Positions 58,680 through 64,000 of a stretch of 64,000 nucleotides of DNA are shown in pieces. The stretch is from Verrucomicrobiia bacterium (GTDB taxonomy: Bacteria; Verrucomicrobiota; Verrucomicrobiia; Limisphaerales; DSYF01), in NCBI GenBank assembly GCA_035765895.1, contig DASTWL010000023.1:41310-105309 (forward strand), given 5' to 3'. A program made the translations under genes and the position numbers. The notes under the pieces are model-generated. The model did no database searches. It had not been told where the DNA came from and worked only from the letters and a program-made list of their open reading frames with translations. Position 1 is the stretch's first letter; each line of letters starts with the position of its first letter.

Positions 58680-59897
58680 TCAACCGGCGGCCATGGCTGT
58701 GCCGGCCAGCCAGCCCGTCGTCCATGCCGCCTGAAAGTTGAAGCCGCCGGTGATGCCGTCAATGTCCAACAGCTCGCCGGCAAAATGCAGGCCCGGACAG
58801 ATGCGGCTCTCCATGGTTTTGAAATTCACCTCGTTCAGCCGGACGCCGCCGCAGGTGACAAATTCGTCCTTGTTCAGACTTTTGCCGGTGACGGAGAACG
58901 CCGTGCTCGTGAGCTGTCGGACAAGTTGCTGATGCTGGGTGCGTGTCAGGGAAGCCCAGCGGGCCGTCGGTCCGAGTCCCGCCTGTTCCACCAACGCGCC
59001 CCAGAGCCGCGCCGTCAACGGGGCCAGCGGCGCGTTCGTCACCAGCCGGGCACCCTGCTCCGCGCGGCGGGATTGCAGTTCGCGGACGAGATCCGGCTCG
59101 CGCAACTGCGGCAGCCAGTTGACGCGCAGGGTGAAGTGATAATTCACGGCGCACATCTGCCGCGCGCCCCACGCCGACAAGCGCAACACCACCGGCCCGC
59201 TCAGTCCCCAATGCGTCACCAGCAGGGGGCCGCGTTCGCACAGGCCCAGATCGGGCGCGGCCACTTCGGCTTCGGCCACGCTCACGCCCGCCAACGCGCG
59301 CAGCCACGGTGCTTCAATTTGAAACGTGAACAACGAGGGCACCGGCGGAACGAGCGTGTGTCCGAGGGAAACGGCCAGCTGGCCAAGCGCCGCAGAACGG
59401 CAACCACCGATGGCCAGCAACACGCGCTCGCAGCTAAGGATTTCGCCGCTGCCGAGAACAACACTGAACCCGCCCGCCGGCTCGCGCCGCACCTGGTCCA
59501 CACCCGAGTTCAACCGCAGCTTCACACCGGCCGTCTGCGCGGCGTGCATCAGGCAATCGATGATGGTCTGCGAAGAATCCGTGGTGGGAAACATCCGTCC
59601 ATCCGGCTCCGCTTTGAGCGGAACACCGCGCGCCTCGAACCATGCGACCGTGTCGCGGGCCTGGAAGCGATGGAAGGGCCCGATCAATTCCCGGTCGCCA
59701 CGGGGATAACGCCGGGTGAATTCGCGCGGCTCGAAGCAGGCGTGCGTCACGTTGCAACGGCCGCCGCCGGAAATACGCACCTTGCTGAGAAACTGCGGCC
59801 CGCGCTCCAGCAACGTCACACGCGCCCCGGCTTCCGCGGCGGTGATGGCCGCAAAAAAGCCGGCCGCACCGCCGCCGACGACAACAACGTTTGGCAT
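58680..59897 (-). CDS. HI0933/YhiN-family FAD-dependent oxidoreductase
   Basis: ATG at 59897. MPNVVVVGGGAAGFFAAITAAEAGARVTLLERGPQFLSKVRISGGGRCNVTH...GELLDIDGITGGFNFQAAWTTG. Confidence 0.8.
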   Translation of the reverse strand: MPNVVVVGGGAAGFFAAITAAEAGARVTLLERGPQFLSKVRISGGGRCNVTHACFEPREFTRRYPRGDRELIGPFHRFQARDTVAWFEARGVPLKAEPDGRMFPTTDSSQTIIDCLMHAAQTAGVKLRLNSGVDQVRREPAGGFSVVLGSGEILSCERVLLAIGGCRSAALGQLAVSLGHTLVPPVPSLFTFQIEAPWLRALAGVSVAEAEVAAPDLGLCERGPLLVTHWGLSGPVVLRLSAWGARQMCAVNYHFTLRVNWLPQLREPDLVRELQSRRAEQGARLVTNAPLAPLTARLWGALVEQAGLGPTARWASLTRTQHQQLVRQLTSTAFSVTGKSLNKDEFVTCGGVRLNEVNFKTMESRICPGLHFAGELLDIDGITGGFNFQAAWTTGWLAGTAMAAG

Positions 59898-60017
59898 CTG
59901 GAAAAATTCAAGGCCGGCGGACCGGGTTTCCGCCGGACGAGCCTCAATCGACCTGAATTTGCCGCCGTCGTCAACCGGCCGGTGACGCCGCTGCGGGCAA
60001 GGCAAAAGGAAAGACCG

Positions 60018-60233
60018 TCAGCGCAGCCGCCAGGTGATGCGGCCCTTGCTCAAATCGTAGGGCGACATTTCCATTCTCACGCGGTCCCCCACGGTCAGGC
60101 GGACGAAGCGTTTGCGCATTTTGCCGCAGATGGTGGCCAGCACGAGGTGTTTGTTGTCGAGCTCCACCCGGAACATGGTGCCGGGCAGGACGGTGTGAAC
60201 TTTGCCTTCGACTTCGATATGATCTTCTTTCAT
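60018..60233 (-). CDS. infA: Translation initiation factor IF-1
   Basis: 71 aa from the ATG at 60233. [70 protein letters not shown]. Confidence 0.93.
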   Translation of the reverse strand: MKEDHIEVEGKVHTVLPGTMFRVELDNKHLVLATICGKMRKRFVRLTVGDRVRMEMSPYDLSKGRITWRLR

Positions 60234-60297
60234 GAATGCGAGCGCCGGAACCAGCACGGATTGCGAGCCCGCCCCACCTCCGGCGGGCCGGGCGGCG

Positions 60298-60334
60298 GAA
60301 AAGCAAAAGCGAAGTCCGGCCATCCGGACTTCGC
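60298..60334 (-). terminator. Intrinsic terminator after the RRM-protein gene
   Basis: Minus strand: GCGAAGTCCGG-atgg-CCGGACTTCGC followed by TTTTGCTTTTC. Confidence 0.6.
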
Positions 60335-60350
60335 CCCGAAACAAACCCGA

Positions 60351-60650
60351 TCAGTAGCGGCCACGGCCGCCAGATTCACGACGGCCACCCGCGGGGCGTT
60401 CCTCGCGCGGACGGGCGACGTTGACGGTCAAGGCGCGTCCATCGAGATCCTGACCATGCAGCGCTTCGATGGCCTTTTGGGCCTCTTCGGGCGTGCTCAT
60501 GGTCACAAAACCAAAGCCCCGCGAACGGCCGCTCATGCGGTCCATCATCAGGTTGGCTTCGAGCACGGTGCCATGCGCGGCGAACGCGTCCTGCAAGTCG
60601 TTTTCGGTCGTGTTGAAGGAAAGGTTGCCGACGAATAGTTTGTTGTTCAT
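60351..60650 (-). CDS. RRM-type RNA-binding protein with Arg/Gly-rich tail
   Basis: 99 aa. RNP-2 LFVGNL and RNP-1 RGFGFVTM. Tail [15 protein letters not shown]. Confidence 0.87.
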   Translation of the reverse strand: MNNKLFVGNLSFNTTENDLQDAFAAHGTVLEANLMMDRMSGRSRGFGFVTMSTPEEAQKAIEALHGQDLDGRALTVNVARPREERPAGGRRESGGRGRY

Positions 60651-60981
60651 GTGATTTACTGTCCGAGACTGTCTTTGCTTGATCCAGACTGTTCCCGTCC
60701 TTCGGATTTCAAATCATCACTGAACCGCGTTCACTTGAAGATTCACCACGCCATGGAAGCATGAAGCTAGCTAACGGACGCTTCGAAATTGGCGCAATTC
60801 CCCTCGTTGGCAAGCCTCATCTTCAGTTTTCGCCAGAATTCTCGCCGGTCCAAATCCGGGGTCAACAGACCCGCCACCAAGCCGGCCCGCGCTTTTGTGG
60901 CACCGCTCCATCTGGACGGATTCCCGATATACCCATCGTCCTGCCGTTCATCGCGGTCCGCCCGCCCCCGCAACAGCAGCG

Positions 60982-61773
60982 TCAGTGGCCGGATTTCTGC
61001 GCCACCAGCGTGAGCATGGGCCACCACCAAATGGTCCGGCCCTCCTCCTCGCCCAAGGCGAACAACTTGCGCACTGCCGCCGGCGCGTGAGCCACGAGTT
61101 CAACCACCCGCTGGCGATTCTCCACCGGCGTGGCTGCCGTCTCAAAATACCAGTTCAGATCCGGCTGCTTTTTCAGGTGCAGCTCGCTGACGGTCACGGT
61201 CAACCCCACCGCGCGGCAAAGCTCGCCCCATTGGCGGGGCGTCAAAAACCGGTGATGGCTGGGATCGCGGAGTTTCTCGACTTGATGCAACCACGCCTCC
61301 GCCTCGGGCTCGTCGTCCTGCACCGTGCCGTCAATAAGCAGGAAAAATCCGCGCGGCTTGAGCACCCGCGCCACCTCGGCGACAAATCCCGCCACGGAAC
61401 TGAAGTGGTGCGGCGCCACGCGGCAGGTGACGAGGTCGAAGCTCGCGTCGGGGTAAGGCATCGCTTCCGCCGGATGACAGCGCAATGCAACATTGAGCCC
61501 GCGCGCCGTCGCCGCTTCACCAGCCCGCTGAAGCATGGCCTCGGTCAAGTCGGAGAGCGTGACCCGGTATCCTAGGCTCGCGAGGTGCAAACCGGTATGG
61601 CCGCCGCCCGTCGCAGCGTCGAGCACGGCCGCGCCGGCGGGCAGGGAAATTTTTTCGAGCGCCGCCTGCACGTCGGCAATGTTTTCCAGGATGTGGCCTT
61701 TGCCGTAGCGGTGGCTTTGCCTTGTGAACTGTTCGCTGGCCGCGCGTTGAATTGGGTTGAGTTCACTGCTCAT
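60982..61773 (-). CDS. Class I SAM-dependent methyltransferase (Methyltransf_11-like)
   Basis: ATG at 61773. ...AVLDAATGGGHTGLHLASLGYRVTLSDL...FDLVTCRVAPHHF...LKPRGFFLLID. Confidence 0.8.
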   Translation of the reverse strand: MSSELNPIQRAASEQFTRQSHRYGKGHILENIADVQAALEKISLPAGAAVLDAATGGGHTGLHLASLGYRVTLSDLTEAMLQRAGEAATARGLNVALRCHPAEAMPYPDASFDLVTCRVAPHHFSSVAGFVAEVARVLKPRGFFLLIDGTVQDDEPEAEAWLHQVEKLRDPSHHRFLTPRQWGELCRAVGLTVTVSELHLKKQPDLNWYFETAATPVENRQRVVELVAHAPAAVRKLFALGEEEGRTIWWWPMLTLVAQKSGH

Positions 61774-61880
61774 CGTGCGCAGACAGTAGCACAAGACGCC
61801 ATCATGGCGCGAAAGATTCCGGGTGTCGGTGACACCGCCTTGCGCAAACTGGCTGCCGTCGGAACGGTTGCCCGATTGCC

Positions 61881-63701
61881 TCACAAAACCTGGCCGGCAT
61901 CCTGCAAGCGCGATTGCAATCGCGGCAAATTGACGCGCTGAACGCTGGTGCCCTGCCGCAGGGCGAGATCGGCAGCATGCGCGGCCGATTCGCTCAGGAT
62001 CATGGACGGCGGTTCCATGCGCACGGAGGCGAACGCAACGTGCGTGCTCGACACACAAAATGTCACCAGCAGATTTTCGCATTCCTCCTCGCGCGGCACG
62101 ATGGCGGGATACGGAATCGGATAGGAATCGGCGAGCCGATGATAAAAGCCGCCTTCATGAATGACCGCACCGTCCTGCACCAGCCGGCCGCACACGTGTG
62201 AATCAAGCGAGTAGCTGCCGCGGCCCACGGAATCCTCCCGTTGGCCGGGCGTCTCGCAATGTTGCTGAGTGATGACGTAGTTGCTCACCATCCGCCGGGC
62301 CTGACGCACGTAAAGCTGCGTGGGCCAGCCGCCGGTGTCGCGAAACTCATCCTTCGGCAATCCCCAAGGGGCCATCTCCTGCCGCAGCCAGTCGGGCAGG
62401 CGTTCATCCGTGCGCAGAAAATACAAATACCCGCGCTGATAATCTTCGTGCGCGTGCCAGAGGCGGGCACGCTCCGCCCAGGTTCCGTTCGCGTAGCGTT
62501 CGGCCCCGCCGTTCACAAAATCCATCGAAATCCCGCAGGAACCGCTGTTCACGTCCGTTTTGCCCCGCAGCAGGCGGGTGATCTTGAGCAGGCGCGGATG
62601 GTTCCGCGGCGACCGCTGGCCGAAGTTGAAATAAAGGTCGATCGGAACCAACGGATCATCGATGGCTTCCAGCGCGGCGAGATAACGGCGCACCAATTCG
62701 TAGTGGGCGGGATCGTAATTGGCCGGCGGCGCAATTGGAATCGGATCCTCCCGAGTCAGGCACAGCCGGAAATTGTAAGCCTGCACGCTGTTGTCCTGCG
62801 CGCCCACGGGACGCAGCGCGGCGGCCGACACCAACGGCAGCAATCCGCTCGCGGAATCCCCCGGTCGCACGTAAGGATCAAGGCGCAGCCGCGTCTGCTT
62901 CGCTTCGTGTTTGGGCCCGTTGTTGCGCTCACTGACCAGCCGTGCGTAACAAACCCCGGCCAGGTTCTCGCCATGTTCGGCGCGTCCTTCGCGATCCGAA
63001 CGCCAACTGACGCCCGCGCGGGCCAGCAAATCTCCCTCATAGGAACAATCGATGAACATGGCCGCCTCAACGATCAGAGATGCGCGTTCCTGCGGCTCCG
63101 GCGCGGGGGCGCCGCGCGCATCGACCGGCGCCCGATCCAGCGTCAGCGAGTGCAGGCGGCGACCGTCCTTGTCCACGGCGGCGAGCCGTGTCTCACGAAG
63201 CACCTCGACATGACTTTCCGCAATCAGCTGCTCGAAGCATTGCTCGGCAACGTGCGGTTCAACGCTCCAGCCATTCGTGGTGATCCCAGCCTGACTGTAG
63301 CAGGCGCGAATGCGTTGAAAATAATCCCGGGTCAATCCGCCGATGGTCGCCGCGCGCCCGTAATCCACCCAGCCCAAGCCGCCCGAGGTCATGCCGCCCA
63401 GATGCCGGGTCGGCTCGATGAGCAATACGGAACGCCCAAGACGGGCGAGCGTCACCGCCGCGATAACCCCGCCCGACGTGCCGCCGTAAACGCAAACATC
63501 CACCCGACGTCGCTCCGCCGTGCCCGCGGCAAAGCCTCGCCCCGCGAGGACGGCCGTGACGGCCAGCGAAGTGGCGCCCAGAAAGGCGCGACGGGAAAGT
63601 CCCGGTTGGGCCGATCCCACCATTCGCTGGTTCACGCCGACTGACCCGGAGGACGTCGCGGCATTTGCCCGGCTTTTTGACTTTATTGACTGGTGCGCCA
63701 T
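61881..63701 (-). CDS. Tat-exported FAD-dependent oxidoreductase (FAD_oxidored-type)
   Basis: ATG at 63701. Twin-arginine signal LSRRAFLGATSLAVTAVLAG. Dinucleotide fold DVCVYGGTSGGVIAAVTLARLGRSVLLIEPTRHLGGMTSGGLG. Confidence 0.72.
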   Translation of the reverse strand: MAHQSIKSKSRANAATSSGSVGVNQRMVGSAQPGLSRRAFLGATSLAVTAVLAGRGFAAGTAERRRVDVCVYGGTSGGVIAAVTLARLGRSVLLIEPTRHLGGMTSGGLGWVDYGRAATIGGLTRDYFQRIRACYSQAGITTNGWSVEPHVAEQCFEQLIAESHVEVLRETRLAAVDKDGRRLHSLTLDRAPVDARGAPAPEPQERASLIVEAAMFIDCSYEGDLLARAGVSWRSDREGRAEHGENLAGVCYARLVSERNNGPKHEAKQTRLRLDPYVRPGDSASGLLPLVSAAALRPVGAQDNSVQAYNFRLCLTREDPIPIAPPANYDPAHYELVRRYLAALEAIDDPLVPIDLYFNFGQRSPRNHPRLLKITRLLRGKTDVNSGSCGISMDFVNGGAERYANGTWAERARLWHAHEDYQRGYLYFLRTDERLPDWLRQEMAPWGLPKDEFRDTGGWPTQLYVRQARRMVSNYVITQQHCETPGQREDSVGRGSYSLDSHVCGRLVQDGAVIHEGGFYHRLADSYPIPYPAIVPREEECENLLVTFCVSSTHVAFASVRMEPPSMILSESAAHAADLALRQGTSVQRVNLPRLQSRLQDAGQVL

Positions 63702-63729
63702 GGACAGAGGTTGCCAGGTTCCGGAAGCC

Positions 63730-64000
63730 TTACAAAGTCTGTCCCACAGCGCGTGCGGTGAACTTGTAGTGTCCTGCCTCCACCGCAAAGACCGCGCAAC
63801 CGTCCGCCATGCGCAAGAATCGGACGCCATGGGCCTGGTCCGCCGGCCGGCCGCTTTCAGTGACGGCCGTCGCGTCGGCCGCCGGCACGTAAACGGTCGC
63901 CGTGCAATTGCCGGGAATGCTCACAGCCAGATGAAACTGACGGCCCGCGCGCCGCCAACGGCTGGTGATCGGACCACGAATCGAGTCATAGGTCGCGTTG
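63730..64000 (-). CDS. C-terminal fragment of a larger protein, probably a GH78 alpha-L-rhamnosidase (5' end outside window)
   Basis: The frame is open to the window edge. ...ATYDSIRGPITSRWRRAGRQFHLAVSIPGNCTATVYVPAADATAVTESGRP...GHYKFTA resembles the conserved C-terminal beta-sandwich of rhamnosidases, from memory only. Confidence 0.45.
   Translation of the reverse strand, partial: NATYDSIRGPITSRWRRAGRQFHLAVSIPGNCTATVYVPAADATAVTESGRPADQAHGVRFLRMADGCAVFAVEAGHYKFTARAVGQTL

Noticed and set aside
58785-60638. 617-aa plus-strand ORF spanning the flavoprotein, infA and RRM genes.
   Set aside because: It runs antisense across three well-supported minus-strand genes and a terminator, and its composition is a GC-shadow. 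It is not a real gene.

Overview
This is a 64-kb high-GC chromosomal segment; hand-counted 60-nt samples of genes give about 62-70% G+C. The gene content suggests a diderm of the PVC group, most plausibly Verrucomicrobiota. That inference rests on a PEP-CTERM protein, small GFTLVEIM prepilin-type proteins, an LpxC-FabZ fusion and LPS genes, and it cannot be verified here. I call about 63 protein-coding genes, two cut by the window edges and one a multi-frameshifted pseudogene. I also call 7 intrinsic terminators and several repeat elements. I saw no rRNA, tRNA, CRISPR array, transposase or integrase. Most of the window is housekeeping. It includes a CusRS-like two-component operon with a TolC/NodT lipoprotein (1-4362), sod, hisH, thiG, hldA, panB, sppA, upp, an rpoD-family sigma factor and apt. 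It also carries two PAP2 + GT39/ArnT-like modules (13.8-19.2 kb), ilvE, mcsA-mcsB-clpC followed by a YacL-like PIN/TRAM gene, rsmI, lpxC/fabZ-lpxA, purM and hpf. Further along are mreBCD-mrdA-rodA-rng, an ECF sigma/anti-sigma module, hisB, an ABC-2 transporter, gmd/fcl, rlmI, infA and an RRM protein. The window ends at the start of a glycan-degradation region. The accessory hot spot is 52.2-57.4 kb. It holds tandem pseudopilin paralogs and a roughly 900-bp repeat-dense non-coding tract. It also holds a roughly 0.9-kb low-GC (about 51%) cassette of two ORFan genes: a small acidic protein and a membrane-anchored zinc-ribbon protein. That cassette sits behind a TTGACA-17-TACAAA motif and is my best candidate for something undescribed, though the evidence is compositional and architectural only. 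Many long ORFs in the supplied track are antisense or frame-shadow artefacts of high GC and were rejected.
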